A DNA stretch of 63,461 bases, filler included, from Olpidium bornovanus S191 (GCA_017911155.1; 31 parts of 31 records of this genome joined end to end with filler, not necessarily neighbours in it); one strand, 5' to 3'; shown: positions 11,601 to 24,750, counted from the whole stretch's first letter. Numbers and translations: made by a program. The notes: generated from the letters alone by a model not told the origin.

Positions 11601-12189
11601 GCGCAGCAGCGCCTTTTCTCCTGACTCGGCCTTGCGAGCCTCCGGAGCCGGGAAAGCATTCGCGCGCCGCTTCCCTTCCCCCCTTCGCACGGCCACGGAC
11701 TGCACTGCGCGGCGGCGACCATGGCGCGCGCANNNNNNNNNNNNNNNNNNNNNNNNNNNNNNNNNNNNNNNNNNNNTTAATTAATTAANNNNNNNNNNNN
11801 NNNNNNNNNNNNNNNNNNNNNNNNNNNNNNNNCATGAAGACCCCACAACCACCCTCACTGCTGCTTTGCCTGAAGCACCGGGCGGCCGCTTGTCTTGAAA
11901 TTCATAGAACAGACCGCGTTGAGTGCGTTGGATATAGTTGTGAAAGTTGGGTGTACGCACTATAAATTAACTCTTCGAATAAATGATGTGTTTGGTTACC
12001 GATCGCTGCTAAAATATTTTTTTGGCGGAATCAAGCAGGAACCAAACAGAAAAGTCACGTGCAAATGCGGAGTGAAGGGCGAGTGATTGGGTATCGGAGG
12101 CGGGGAAGAGGGAAAAACGTGAGAAATGCTTTTAGAAGCCATGGGTGCGGGGGAGGGGGGAGGTGGCGGAGAGCGCGCGCGCGCGTTTT

Positions 12190-13316
12190 TCAATCGCGGG
12201 CTGCGCCGCGCCGGCCGCGCTTCTCTCTCCGAAGGAGGGTAGCCAGCGCGTTTTGCACAATGACGACAGTCCACACGGAGTTGAGCAGGCCGAACACGGC
12301 GGCGTTGATCGCGGTGCCGTAGAAAACGACGGGGCCGGCGGCGCGCCACTTCTCGAGGTAGGCGGCCCAGGGCGCCGCGGCCGGCGACACGGGGCCCCCC
12401 TGGTGCGACACCGAATACCAGACGCCGAACGGGAGGGCCGGTAGGCGCAGTGCCAAGAACGCGAGCGCCCTGACCGCCAGCGCGGCGCTGTACGCCGGCG
12501 ACTCCTTGTCGCCGAACCGCCGGATCAGCCAGATCAGGTTGTGCGGAACCACGGTCAGCTCGCTGATCCCGAAGACGACGGGAAAAAAGGCTCCTCGCCT
12601 GAAGTACTGGAATCAGAAAGTTTTCGCGCCGAAAAAAAACGCAATTTGGGACGACGCCCGACGGGCGGACGACACCGGGAGTCAGATCCCGCAAGGAGGA
12701 TTCACGACACAGCGGATAACCGCACCCCCCCCCCCACTTCCCCTTCCGCGCTCGCAAAACCACGTACCAGCACCGCCGAGCACCCGGCGAGCCCGAGAAC
12801 GTGATGAGCCCAGATGTCCAGCGGTACCTTTGACTGTCTGGCCATGACGGAAATGTCGTACAGCGTGTACCCGATCAGGCTGCAGAAGAGGAAGTCGAGA
12901 GCCGGCGGCCAGGCGGAGAATGCGTCGGCCTCAAACGCCCTCTCCACAAAAACCAGCCAGAACGACAGGAAGCCGATGATTACGCCGTTTACGATCGACG
13001 GGATCCTGGCGAAAGGGGAGGAGGAGAGGGGGGGGCGATGGGGAGGTGGGGGGAAGAGAAAGAAGGAAAAAAAAAGTTTGAGTGACGCGTGAATTCCACG
13101 CGCGAAAAACCGCACCCCCCCGCCACCGTCTCCTGAGAAACGGCCACCACGAACCACCCACTTCTCCGGGACCTCTATGCGGTCCGTCGCGGACAGGCGC
13201 GCCAGCCTCTTTGAATCGAGCCTCGGAACCATAACAGCGGCGGCGACGGCGTGCAGGCCCAGGTAGAACAGCGTCGAGCCGAGAACCAGCTGAACCTGCA
13301 GCTGCAGGTCCTCCAT
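12190..13316 (-). CDS. TLC (TRAM/LAG1/CLN8)-domain membrane protein, TMEM56/CLN8-like; 3 exons (13316-13162, 13005-12768, 12606-12190)
   Basis: GT-AG splicing gives one frame with GYTLYD, IWAHHV and ISELTVVPHNLIW motifs and several hydrophobic helices. Confidence 0.8.
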
Positions 13317-14820
13317 CTCGGCAGCAGGGGCTTGGTGGGGGGGGAGGGGGCGGGTTCACTGGGTCGCGAGTCGAAGCGAGCGGACGGGGACGGCTCTGCT
13401 CCGCGGGGAGGAGAGGGTTCGCGCGGGGGGGCGGGTGGCAGCGGCGCGCGCGGGTGAGAGAAAGACGGCGGCGGGGCGGCCGCGGAGGGAACAGGAGCGG
13501 CGGGCACGCGCCGGCGCCGAGAGGCACGTACACACAGGCTATATGGCGGGGAAACGGGGCGCGCGTCTGCGGCGCCAGCGGAGGGAATTTGCGGTTTCGC
13601 ACAATTTTGTTCGTTTGGGTTCTTCTGTGACCTCGGATATTACTTGCAATTTCCGGGAAGGCACTTCCCCCCGGCCCCCCCCCCCCCCCCCCCCCCCCCC
13701 TCCCCCCCACACCCAAAGGGGCCGAAGCAAGCGCGGTGGCGCGGAATCTTCACTTAACGCGGTAATGCGCTGCCGTGATTTGGGAAAGTTTTGCTAAACC
13801 TCCTCCGCCCTTATGGGTGTCGAGCGGGACCAATTGGAAGAAAATTTCTTCTTTCCCTCCGTCGGACCCCGACGAACAGCAGCGCGTTGTTTTCTGCTGC
13901 CCCGATGGTGACTTTTGGTGTTGACGAGAGGTGTCATTTCCGGCACTCAAGCATTTCCACCCCCCCCCCCTTCTACACAATGGGATTTTAAAACTTTTCA
14001 TGATGTTGGTATGCCCGTTACCGCATTTGCCTGACCGGCCATCGTCGACCCCGTCTAACCGACTCCGCACTCGCGGCCGAGACAGCAGTATGTCAGCGGG
14101 TATTTTGCTGCAAGCCGTGTGCTGTGAACCGCGCCGCAACCGCCCACCTGAAAATTATTCGCCAATCGCAACGGTCGGCGGTTCTTTGTTCGCGAAAATG
14201 TGCGCTTCGCTGCCCACGCTGTCAAGCTTTTGCCCACCGACGAACTGCTCAGCCATGAGGATTCTGGGGTGTTCTCGCCGAATGGCTCTTCTGGATCGAT
14301 ACGACGAGCCCTTGCCACAGGCCATTGAGAGCTTCTGCTACCTTTCAAACTGAAATCTTTGCGAGGCGCTTCTGGAACCCGTCGCTTCTGCTTTTTTCTT
14401 CCCCGGCTTTGCGATCCGCCGTACGGACGTTCGCCCGGGCTTGTTCTAATCCAGGCAAACTTTTCCTTCCAATTTATCATTTGGTACTTCTCTTTGACCT
14501 TGGCCTCTCTTGTGGAACACTCTCCAGTTTTTGGCGCTGACGTTACCCCTCGATTGCTGCGATAAAGTGGACGAGGCCGCACCCAGTTCCCGGGAATGCG
14601 GAGCTGTTTGGGCCTCGGCTGACAGTTCTCGAGGAAGAGGTATGGCCTGCTCCGCGACGGAGACCGGCAGATTCGGGGAAGGCCGCAGAGGCTGCAACTT
14701 CGGGATTTACCAAGGAGAAGCCCCGCCGAGAGCGTCTTCGAAGCGAGCTTCAGGAGGGGTTCAGTGTCGACTCTTTCGTCGAGCAGCGTTTTCTGCGTCA
14801 GGAGGTATCGATGTCGTGGG

Positions 14821-14942
14821 CGGAGTTTTTGGCCTTGTGCGCTGAAGAAACAGGGGGCGTCCCCAGTAGCATGATGGGGGGCGGAGTTTTTGGCCTTGTG
14901 CGCTGAAGAAACAGGGGGTGTCCCCAGTAGCATGATGGGGGC
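14821..14942. repeat. 61-bp tandem duplication
   Basis: CGGAGTTTTTGGCCTTGTGCGCTGAAGAAACAGGGGG(C/T)GTCCCCAGTAGCATGATGGGGG x2. Confidence 0.95.
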
Positions 14943-14959
14943 GGTTCGGCGAAGGCAGG

Positions 14960-15376
14960 TTGCCCCGAGCCAAGAGGGAGACGTGGCAAGAGTGGGGGCC
15001 AATGGAAGGTGAATTGGCGGGCGAGAGTGAGCATGAACAGGGAACGCGCATGTATCGTGCCGAGGTGCGGGAAGATACAAGGCGCGTTAACGTCCGCAGG
15101 GCGAGCGAGTCGATCTGGGCACGGCTGGTGTCGGAGACGCTGGTCTACGTACCAGCTATCGGGCAAACGGTGGCCGCTCTCGTGGATTCCGGATTGGAGA
15201 TCAAGCTGGCCGAGCGGTGGCTTGCCGAGGAGGCGGGTTGGCACGTGATCCTGGCTCCGGGGTTGACCGCACACACGGCGTTGTCGAAAAAGGATATCTA
15301 CGGGGCCTGCCCGGATGTCCCTCTGGTGGTTGCGGATCTTCAGACAAGGCACCATGTGTTTGTTCAGAATGACTGA
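14960..15376 (+). mobile_element. Ty3/gypsy-type aspartic protease fragment
   Basis: WARLVSETLV...ALVDSG(L)EI...IYGACPDV...HHVFVQ. It has the retropepsin D-S-G motif and resembles proteases of fungal/plant gypsy elements. Confidence 0.75.
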
Positions 15377-16182
15377 AGGAGGGAATTTCTTGTTCATCCT
15401 CGGCGTCAAGGTAACCGACCTCGGTAGGCGCGGACTCTACTAGACCAGGGACACTTCGCCCGGCAGTTACTAGAGAAATTCGGAATGATAGATGCCAAAC
15501 CGGCGCCCACGCCACTGTAATGGAACCCGATGAAGACCCTTTTGTCTGAAGAAGAGGACACAAGCGCTAAAACAGCGGATGCCAAGCGTTACACGGAGGC
15601 GGTGGGTTCCCTGATGTGGCTGTCAATCATGACGCGCCCGGACATCGTCCTCGCCGTTTCCTCTCTAGTGAGGTTCACGACCAAACCGACCGATCGCTAC
15701 TGGGCCACTGTCGCGCATGTTGCGATACCTCTGTGGCACAATCGATTACGGAATTTTCTTCTGTGGACCAATGAATGATGACGCCCTCACGCTGTTGGCA
15801 ACCTACAGTGATGCCGACTGGGCAGGATGTCGTCAGACGCGTGCATCAACGACGGGAATTATTGCCCTCTACCACCATACGCCGATATCTTGGAGGTCCA
15901 CGCGTCAGAAGTGCATCGCCACTTCCGCTTGTGAAGCCGAATTTGTCGCTGGATCAGCAGCGGGGCAAGAGACTCATTGGGTATGCGGCGTAATACATCA
16001 CATCATCCCCACCGCTACGACAGAGCCGACTACGCTCCTGATAGACAACAGTGGGGCAGTAGATCTGGCAGGGGACGCCAAAGCAATTCGCAGAAGCAAG
16101 CATATAGACATCAAATACCACCATCTTCGGTGGTGCGAGACCAACGGCATCGTCAAGGTCCATCACGTAGCCTCCGCGGAAA
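15361..16182 (+). mobile_element. Degenerate Ty1/copia RT C-terminus and RNase H
   Basis: FRMTEGGNFLFILGVKV, MTRPDIVLAV, YSDADWAG, CIATSACEAEF, RSKHIDIKYH, with frameshifts and stops. Confidence 0.93.
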
Positions 16183-17563
16183 NNNNNNNNNNNNNNNNNN
16201 NNNNNNNNNNNNNNNNNNNNNNNNNNTTAATTAATTAANNNNNNNNNNNNNNNNNNNNNNNNNNNNNNNNNNNNNNNNNNNNTCTCCAGCCGCGCAGTGC
16301 GTGATGTTGCTGCTTGCATGAGCAGTAAGGCGCCAGGCGCTTCCGGTTTTGGCTTGACGACGGCGCCGCAGAGACGACGGTGACAGGCGCAGGCGCGCGC
16401 GGGGGAAGCGGGTTGGGGGCAAGCGGGCTGGGCGGTGGCGGAAGTGAAAGCAACGGACGACGACGACAGCGAAGCGGGGGCGAACTGCTGTTGGATGTTG
16501 ACAGATATGCAGAGCATGCACATACAGAATTTGCCCATCAATGGTCGGGCAATGGGCATACTGTCCCTGCAGTTCCTCAGGGAACGCAGGCGTCAGCTAA
16601 TCATGGTCCTTCGAATTCATCACCCGTTGATGACAACGGTGATGGTCGAGTCAGAATCTCTCCACGGTGTGTTCGACGCACACTGCATTAGCTTTCGTGA
16701 AGTACGTGGCCATGCTCTGGGCAGGCTCTTGTCGAAACGGGGCATCCTTCAAAGCAAAAATTTGTTTTGGATTCAGCGCGCAGGATGACGCTTACAGATC
16801 TCGCAAGTGCAGCAAGTAAAACAGAAAGGCCGCCTAGCACGCCAGGCCATGCACCACTCTGAATTCCATATCCGGCATGGGCTTAAATCTCGATGTCGAG
16901 GCACCAGAATAACGGACGACAAACGGATCTGAGCCCGCAGCGGCACCAAAACTTACTAGCACTCAGGAAGGACACCTGCTCACGGCTTCTGCATAAAACG
17001 GTGGCATGGACCGTTTCCCTGCGTCGTGGTTAAGGGTTGGCGTGGCCTTCTACCTGAACGTCTCGGACACACACCCATTGGCCTGCGCAGGGAGGGGTGG
17101 TGTGGGGCTCTTGGTGGGAAGTGGGCTGGGATCAGTAAAGAGAATCAGGGTGCTTTCAGATCCGCCAACTGCCCGAGGCAATGGGGGATCCTCGGGATGT
17201 ACCACCCATCTTGTAAAAAAAAAAGTCATATCCGGTGGTCCGCGAGGGACGCTACCCCGAAATGATTAAACTTGAGCCCGGCCCTAATCATTGCCGAACA
17301 GCAAGGTCGGAAATGCCGCTGCCGTTAGCGCGTCTCCGTCGCGAACACCAGGTGCACATGACCCCCATAGGTATGGATAAACCGATATTTCCAGGCTGGA
17401 TATCTGCGGACTTCGAGAAGTCCGAGGGACAAGCGGGTGATCTATCTGCGGCGCACGGGCCATAATCATGCAAAATTATTTTTAAGATGAGGAGAAAAAA
17501 GATGGTGCAAAGAGACACATTCCTTTCCACACTTCGGAAACTATGTCCGCATCGACAACATGC

Positions 17564-19589
17564 TCACAGATTCATCAAATTTCCGGATCTGGTCGCTTTG
17601 AACAGCGAGACCTTCGCTGGCCGCGGCTCGTCCTGTTCGGCTTGCTGATCAAACTCGGCCTTTTTTTCAAAGATTGCGACCATTAGCTGCGGCACGCGCA
17701 ATAACGCACGAGGTGAAACTCGCCATTCCCACGCCAACCCACGTATCCGACGACTTCAGTCGTTGCGTCTTCAGGCGTTCGGGAATACCCGCCTAGTTCT
17801 GCAACGAGGTTAGTTCGAAGCTGAGAATGCCGGGTCTTGATTTCTCGCATAAGCATCTCGTCCTCCACGTCGGACTCGGAGACTGGCTCCACCTTCTCCT
17901 TCTCGACCACCATTGCGCTCATTACACCAGAACGGTTCGACCTTTCGCGGATCTCACCCACTACAGAGGGTACTGCTGCCGATGCCTTGTCTCTGCGCGG
18001 TGTCCCACTAGGCTTTCGAAGTTCGCCCTGTTCGCTATCCGTTCCAACGCCGATCAGCAATTCTGACATATTATGGCCCCAGTTGACGACACCGACAATT
18101 TTTTCGCTGCTTTCGGATGCGTCCGAATCCCTTGACACCATGTTCCGGGAAATTTGAGGAGAGGCGCCCGCAGCACGCTTTTCCGGCGGTCCTCGACCCA
18201 ACGGTTCTTCGACCGCAGGGTGCGGATCGGTCGCAGCGACTGCAACTGTTGAAGAGAAAGTCACGGTTTTCTTTCTACCGAGAGATGCCACAGAGGATGG
18301 CCCGTCTTGTAAAGCAAGACTGTCGGCAGAATTCGGGCAATCTGCTCCGCCGGTCGCAAATTTTGTCGCCTCTTCCATTCCCGCCTGCATTGCGCGCATC
18401 CTCTCTCGTAGTCGTTCCATCTCTGCGCGCATTTCTTCCCGTGTTCCCTCTTCCTCGTCCGTGTCACTCGCATCTGAGCCGGATGACCCAATCCTGCGAT
18501 CACCTTCGCTTTCCTCCGATGCCTCTTCGTCCGCCGCGTGAAGCTCAGCTTCTTCTTTTTCGTACTTGTCGAACAACCGCAAGTAATTATTCTCCCAATC
18601 CTTAACGGAGCACGCCTGCGACGTTTCAACAATATCGTTCTCGGCATCTTTAACTTCATCCCAGGAATGGAGTTAGCGAGCTCGCACCGACCACCCCATC
18701 CGCTTTCACGACAGGCAAGTCGGCGGCAAACCTGGGACAGGCCGTGCCTTCTCGGCACCTGGCACAATATCCTCCCTGATGTCAACGATGGGCAGGCCTT
18801 CTTCGTTAAGCTGACGGAACATCCGGAAGAGGGACGAAAAAAAAGACGTCAGAAAAGCACTTGGCAACAAATTGCATATCAAACAACTCACTGCGACTCC
18901 TGCCGTGTCCAGGGCAAACGCCGGGTTGACCCCAACTTTAGCCTGCAGGACCTCCACGTCTTTCTGACATTTCTTTATGGCTTCCTGGATAACTGACGTC
19001 ACATACAAAGCAACGGCAGGAGCAAAAGGGAGCGGGTTGGTCAGCGAGGAGTCGAGCGGGGAAGCGGGGTTAGAAAACACGCTCAAAAGAACGGGCAGAA
19101 ACAATTTAGCGACGCGCAAAGTCTACGCGCACATTCTCGCCGTCTCACGGAAATATCAAACGCCTGCTTCGCGGAGCGTTCCGCGTACCAGTTGTCGCCC
19201 AGGAGGACAAGCACCTCGTTCGTGTGCACGAGTTTTCCTGGCATGAAAGCGTACTTTCCAAAAGGAACCTACGGAAAAGGGAGGGACCGAGGAGGAACGA
19301 ATTTAAAACAGGCGTGGGTATGTGTTGGCAATCATGGGGAAGGGGGATTCACGGCTACCGTCACTGGCCGCGAGGTCTCGTCTGGCAGGGTGGTGAGAAG
19401 GTCCCCCAGGCGGCGAAGCTCGTCGTCGTACTCCTGCCACTTGACCAGCGCGGCCTGGGAGGCAGCGTAGGCGGCGGCGAGCCGCGAAGTGTACAGCTGC
19501 AGCTCCGCGGGTGTCGGTTCCGGGGCGGCGTTCGCGGACGCACACGGGTGTGACGCGGACGCAGGCGCCGCCGCAATTTTGGCCGCCAT
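17564..19589 (-). CDS. URI1: Unconventional prefoldin RPB5 interactor (URI1/Bud27), multi-exon
   Basis: Alpha-prefoldin hairpin VPFGKYAFMPGKLVHTNEVLVLLGDNWYAERSAKQA, an acidic middle region and a C-terminal URI box PAKVSLFKATR. Confidence 0.92.
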
Positions 19590-20634
19590 CAGCCCCCGCA
19601 GCGGTGCTGTTCCTGCTGACAGGAGGTTGGGGCGAAGGGGGGTCGGTCGTCGTGTGCAGGGTGCCGGTTTGGAGAGACAGGCGACTTCCCTCCGCCGCGG
19701 GCGTTTCCGCGTGAGGGTCGGCAGCTCCCGCGGTGGCCGCGCCAAAAAGGGTTTTCCGCCGCGCCGGCGCACAAACCGCCCGCCCGCGAAATCAACGTAT
19801 CGCGAACCACCCGCGAATCAGCGCGTCGCGAAAACCACAGGCTTGCGCGCAAAACGTCAACGTCGCTTGTGATCCATTCGGGCGGCGAATTGCACTCTTG
19901 CAAAGTCGACAGTGATCAGCGGATCTGCGAACTCACGAACGCGACTTCATCCCACCCGTCGACCAGGTCGCTTTCCCCTGGCAACGTTGCGATGCAACAT
20001 TAAACGCCTTGGCATCACCGCCTCCGACATCAAAACCAACCTTTCATTTTCACTGTCGGCAATATAGGCAAACAACAGCGAAGAGCTCGACGCGTCGTTC
20101 CCGCCCTTGGTGTGTTTAGTTGTTTCTTTCTCTGCTGTGCGCTGGAGATCGCCAGGTCACCGCCGGATCGTTGGCGCATTCTCTTTCTGCCCGTCCCTGC
20201 CCTCCGGTCGGTAGCCACGAGCTCCTCGGTTTTTAGATGATTTCAGACCGAGCACTTTATCAACCAACATGTTGGAAAGTTGACTTGCCTGGTGTAAGAT
20301 CTCTATTTTTATAGGAAAGAGTTTGTCCGAATTATCCCAAACAAGTTGCCAATCAAGGTCATGCAGCTTCGCTTCAAAATAAGAATGGATGCCTGAAAGA
20401 CTTGTCGCTTACCATGATGCTTCTTTGCTGTTCTCTGCAAACCGAGGTTTATTTCTGCCTCCTAGAGGTGCATCGCCTAATGTCGTAGGAATTTTCCTTC
20501 AGGATGTTCAAACCAATATGGAAGCCCCTGGCANNNNNNNNNNNNNNNNNNNNNNNNNNNNNNNNNNNNNNNNNNNNTTAATTAATTAANNNNNNNNNNN
20601 NNNNNNNNNNNNNNNNNNNNNNNNNNNNNNNNNC

Positions 20635-20844
20635 ATGAATTTTCCGACAGAAATAATTCAACTGGTATGGCAATTCTTAGATAATAATTCCAAATCAGCT
20701 TTCTTGTTCACGTCAAAAGGAATACTCCAAGCACTGGCACCCTATTGCCTCAAAAAAACAATCTGCAAGAAAAGCTCGAAACTGGCAAAATTTTACCAGA
20801 GTCGACTGATGTCGTCGATGCGGCGACAAAGATGTTCACTTTGA
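20635..20844 (+). CDS. Short F-box-like ORF or fragment
   Basis: MNFPTEIIQLVWQFLDNNSKSAFLFTSK fits the F-box pattern (xP.EI..I..fL); the sequence is locally AT-rich. Confidence 0.4.
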   Translation: MNFPTEIIQLVWQFLDNNSKSAFLFTSKGILQALAPYCLKKTICKKSSKLAKFYQSRLMSSMRRQRCSL

Positions 20845-21819
20845 CGTGCGATCTTTCGCCGCGGCCTGTCACCTCACTGATTCCTGCCCAGGAGCGCCAA
20901 ACTTGTCGGCTTTGATCCACGGCCACGCTGATCATCGAGGCTGACAGAGTGAGCAGGCGCGATCGGTTGCTGGCTTGTAGAGAGTGCGGGGCGATCTGCC
21001 GGACGGGGAAACGCGCCAAGTCATTTCGCGACCTTGCAGCGAAGAGCAGAAGCGAAGCGAATCGAGGTGACCATGACTGTCGCACGGGGAGAATCGAAAA
21101 ACATTACGATGACGGCGAAGCCCGGCGAGGTAGCCGACGCTACCGCAAGCCGGAGTTCCGGTCAACCGAGAAAGGGCGAGGCCTAACAAACGTTCCGATG
21201 CATGAAAGTTAATTCTGTTGCAGTTGCTCGGGGGGTTTGGAGTGTGGGGGGGTTTCGGCGCGAGCCTGTGTCGGCGACGGGCACTGCATTCCGGCCCATT
21301 TTTATACATCAACGGAGAGATTTCGATTTGCATATTCCCGCCGTTTCTCCATTACCGCCTGACAGTTCGCTCCCTGCCAGCAGCAACTTCTCTGTTGAGC
21401 TTTCGTGCTTCAACGCTTTCGAGTTTGGACAGCGTCGGACGCCGCTGACTCCGGAAGCCTAAGGTCCGCACAAGCTGCCGCAGCAAGGCGCCCTGCTCCA
21501 CGCGGTGGCAAGAGGCACTTGTCCCCTCGTCACCCGGCGACCTGCCTCTAGCGAACCCACCACAGGAAGCTGCTCACTCACCTCGGTGTACGTTCCCCAC
21601 TCGCTCGTGCGGCCACCCCCTCGGGCGGCGCCGTTATCCCCAACCGCGCCAACCGACGCCGATCTCCACAAGCAGCAGCTTCGCGCGGCTTGTGTACGTG
21701 TGCGGTGCGTGGGCGGTGGAGTGGCCGGCGGAGGCGGGGTGGGGGGAAGAAACAAACCCGCACGGCAAACGTGCCGTTCGGCACCGCCGACAACATCAAA
21801 GACCAACCACGCGGACGCC

Positions 21820-21824
<5 letters not shown>

Positions 21825-21886
<62 letters not shown>
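21825..21886. repeat. (CT)n microsatellite at contig end
   Basis: About 30 CT units. Confidence 0.98.
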
Positions 21887-21986
21887 NNNNNNNNNNNNNN
21901 NNNNNNNNNNNNNNNNNNNNNNNNNNNNNNTTAATTAATTAANNNNNNNNNNNNNNNNNNNNNNNNNNNNNNNNNNNNNNNNNNNN

Positions 21987-23579
21987 CAAAGCCGCATCGT
22001 ACGGTCAGCAGAGCTCGAGATGAACGCCGGCCCGTACGGGTACAGCGCCAGCGACGTGACCGCCTTGCAATGCTCGTGGAATTTGTGCACGAGAGCGTTC
22101 GACATGTTCCAGACCTTGACTTCCGTGTTATCGTTCCTGTCAACCGGCCTGTTCTGCGCGCACAACAGCGCTTTCCCGAGTAAAAAAAAAAAATCCACGG
22201 TTTGTCGAACTCACTGCTTCCGTCGGCAAACCCGGTGATCTTGTAATCGAACTTTGGGAAATGAAGTATGGCCGTGACCTGCCGATTGGACGGGTACGGT
22301 AACCGGTCGACCTGCTTGCCTTCGGCGCTGTGATAAACCTACGATGCTTCAGGATTGTTTTCCCTATCCTCCCGGGAAAAAAGAAAAACCAAATGCCTGA
22401 TCCATGAAGCAAAACCCACAAGTATCTTGGTGTTGATCACCACGTATATCAGCGACAACTTTTCGACGAGATACACGCCCCAGATCCACTCGTCATCCGG
22501 CAAACCCGTTTCGACCGTAAACTTCTCTCTCGCTTCAATGCGCGCCACGTTTCTGCCGGATACCGGAGATACGTGTTAATGGATGCGGCGTTAGAGTGTT
22601 AAAAAGGTACCGTGCCCGGACAGGTAAAAAAGCAAACAGTGAAATGCACCTGGTGACGGTCGCCTCCATCGCCCAGACCGTAATGTGGGAAGCTCCCGCA
22701 GTCACCAGCTCGCTGCTTTCTTCGTTGAACCGCACTCTGCGCGCCTCCACTTTGATCAATAATTCTAAGATGCCCCCGGAGGCACGGTTTCCAACCGCCC
22801 AACCACATCCGGCGAGCGCTTACATAAAGACCGGCCTCTGCGATTTGAAAAATGCCGTGTACTCAAATTTGGCGTTGAAGAGCTGCGGGGTTGGTACGCG
22901 CAAATACGTGAGCGGGCGCGGCACGGGCCGGCGACCCCGCACCTTTTCGAGATCTCCTGCCCCGACCATTTCACACCTTGATCTTGTTATCATGACAGCA
23001 GGCGGCGTACATTCCGAACCTCCGCATGAACACGTACTCGGTGACGTCTGTGGTGATAGCGATCGTCTTTGCGGGCGGGCAGGGCACACAGGCGGCGCCC
23101 GGGGCATTCGGCGCCCGGCCGAGGTCCCAGTTGTGAAGAGATCCGGACCTGTCCATCGCGGCGAGCACGCGGTAAAATGCGGGGTTGGCCCAGTCGAACT
23201 CCGAGTGCTCGACGTCGCCGTCTTCGCCGTCAGCGTCCGTCCGCCCGCTCGTGGACCCGATGACCTTCGCCATGTCCTTGCCAATTGTGAAGTTCGGGGG
23301 GACCTTCAGGTGGCACGAGATGCAGACGAAGGGGCTGCGGTTTTTTATGCTCCGCACCAACTGAAAGCCCTGCTGCATCGTCAGCACGTGCTGCCTGCCG
23401 CCCTGCTGCAGCTGCTGGTCGGCCTCTACAACGACATTGTCGGAAGCGGGTGCGGCCGGCTCGTCCACTTCGTCCTCGATGTCGCTACTGGCCACATGGA
23501 GCTGCCGTCCTAACCCGTCGTTTTTCGAGTCCGCAACGCCGCCGGGTCCGGGCGGATGGTGCCCATCTCGGCCGCCCAT
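21987..23579 (-). CDS. WD40-repeat protein, possibly WDR87/WDR97-like; multi-exon and partial
   Basis: EVKVWNMSNALVHKFHEHCKAVTSLALYPYGPAFISSSADRT is a WD40 blade. Other exons include FNEESSELVTAG and LPDDEWIWGVYL. Confidence 0.75.
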
Positions 23580-24108
23580 CCCGTCTACTTGCAGTGTTCT
23601 ATTCGCCTGTGGTGCGAAATTGGGCCCCGCCGTTCCAATGATCTCAGAAGAGCCCTGTTGAAAACGTCTCAGAATGTGCGCTGCTGCTGGTCGCCGTTGA
23701 GTGCAAGGCTATGGCGTGATCAACGTTTTTCCTCTCGGGATTTGCCTAGTTACGGCTGATGGGCAGCTTTGGCCAAAAGGATCTCTGCCTGGTTACGGCG
23801 GATGGCCAATTTTTGCAAGACGCAGTCTTAGACGGCCACGGAGACGATGGTAACAGGCGGCTGCGTAGCGCCGCTGTTTTGAAGAACATGNNNNNNNNNN
23901 NNNNNNNNNNNNNNNNNNNNNNNNNNNNNNNNNNTTAATTAATTAANNNNNNNNNNNNNNNNNNNNNNNNNNNNNNNNNNNNNNNNNNNNAGGGCACGCC
24001 AAGCGTGATCTTCGCAATCCCGGGCAGCCTGCGACGCCTGAGAGCCTCGGCCTCCTCCGCAGCGAGGTCCCGCGACTCCTGGCGGCGGGAGACGAGACTG
24101 CGCGGCGC

Positions 24109-24750
24109 ATGGTGCTGGAATGGTACGGCTACCTGCGGCAGCTCGAATCCCCCGCCTCCTCCAGCCCCAGCGCGGTCAAGCGGAGGTCGACGGGCGAACC
24201 GTCCATCCCTGCAGCCGGTAGCGCCTACAATCGGTTACGCGGCATGCCCGACCGAGAAGCGCTTGTCAAAATGGTGGAGGAGGCAGTGGAACCTTTCAGG
24301 CAAGAGAACGATTCGCTACGGCGGCGGCTTGAGCAGAAGGTCCAGGCCCTCGAGGAAATGGAGAATAACCACGAGGTTAGGGATCGGACGGGGTGTGCTG
24401 AGATTTTTGTAATATGTTCCGGGATGCCTTCCCACTTACCTGCGACACGCCCGTGAAAAAAAAACGTACAAACTCGGTGCTTGGATCCTACCCCTCCTCA
24501 CCTCCCCCACCTCTGCCGCGTGCCGCCGTGTACGCCCCGAACCCGCGCACAGCTGTCCCGGCAGCGTTTCAACCGCCTGTCGCTCGTGGGCTACCGCAAA
24601 CTGAAGGGCATGGCTGCCGAAAAGCACGCGCTCGAAGAGGAGGTCCTTCGGTTACGGAACCGCGTCCAGGCTGTCGCGTCCGCGGTCATGGTCCCGTCGA
24701 CACCTTCCACGCCGCCCGACGCGCGGCATGCGAAGCCCGCCCCAATCTGA
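24109..24750 (+). CDS. C-terminal exons of an unidentified coiled-coil protein
   Basis: FRQENDSLRRRLEQKVQALEEMENNHE, an intron, then AEKHALEEEVLRLRNRV and a stop at 24750. Confidence 0.5.

Noticed and set aside
14055-15080. 341-aa minus-strand ORF as a host gene
   Set aside because: It overlaps a tandem duplication and retroelement debris and has no recognisable motif or splice structure, so it is left uncalled.
17006-17269. Possible LINE endonuclease (GRGGVGLLV) or copia pre-integrase (ERLGH) remnant
   Set aside because: Only 5-9 residue resemblances in different frames, with no supporting neighbouring motifs.
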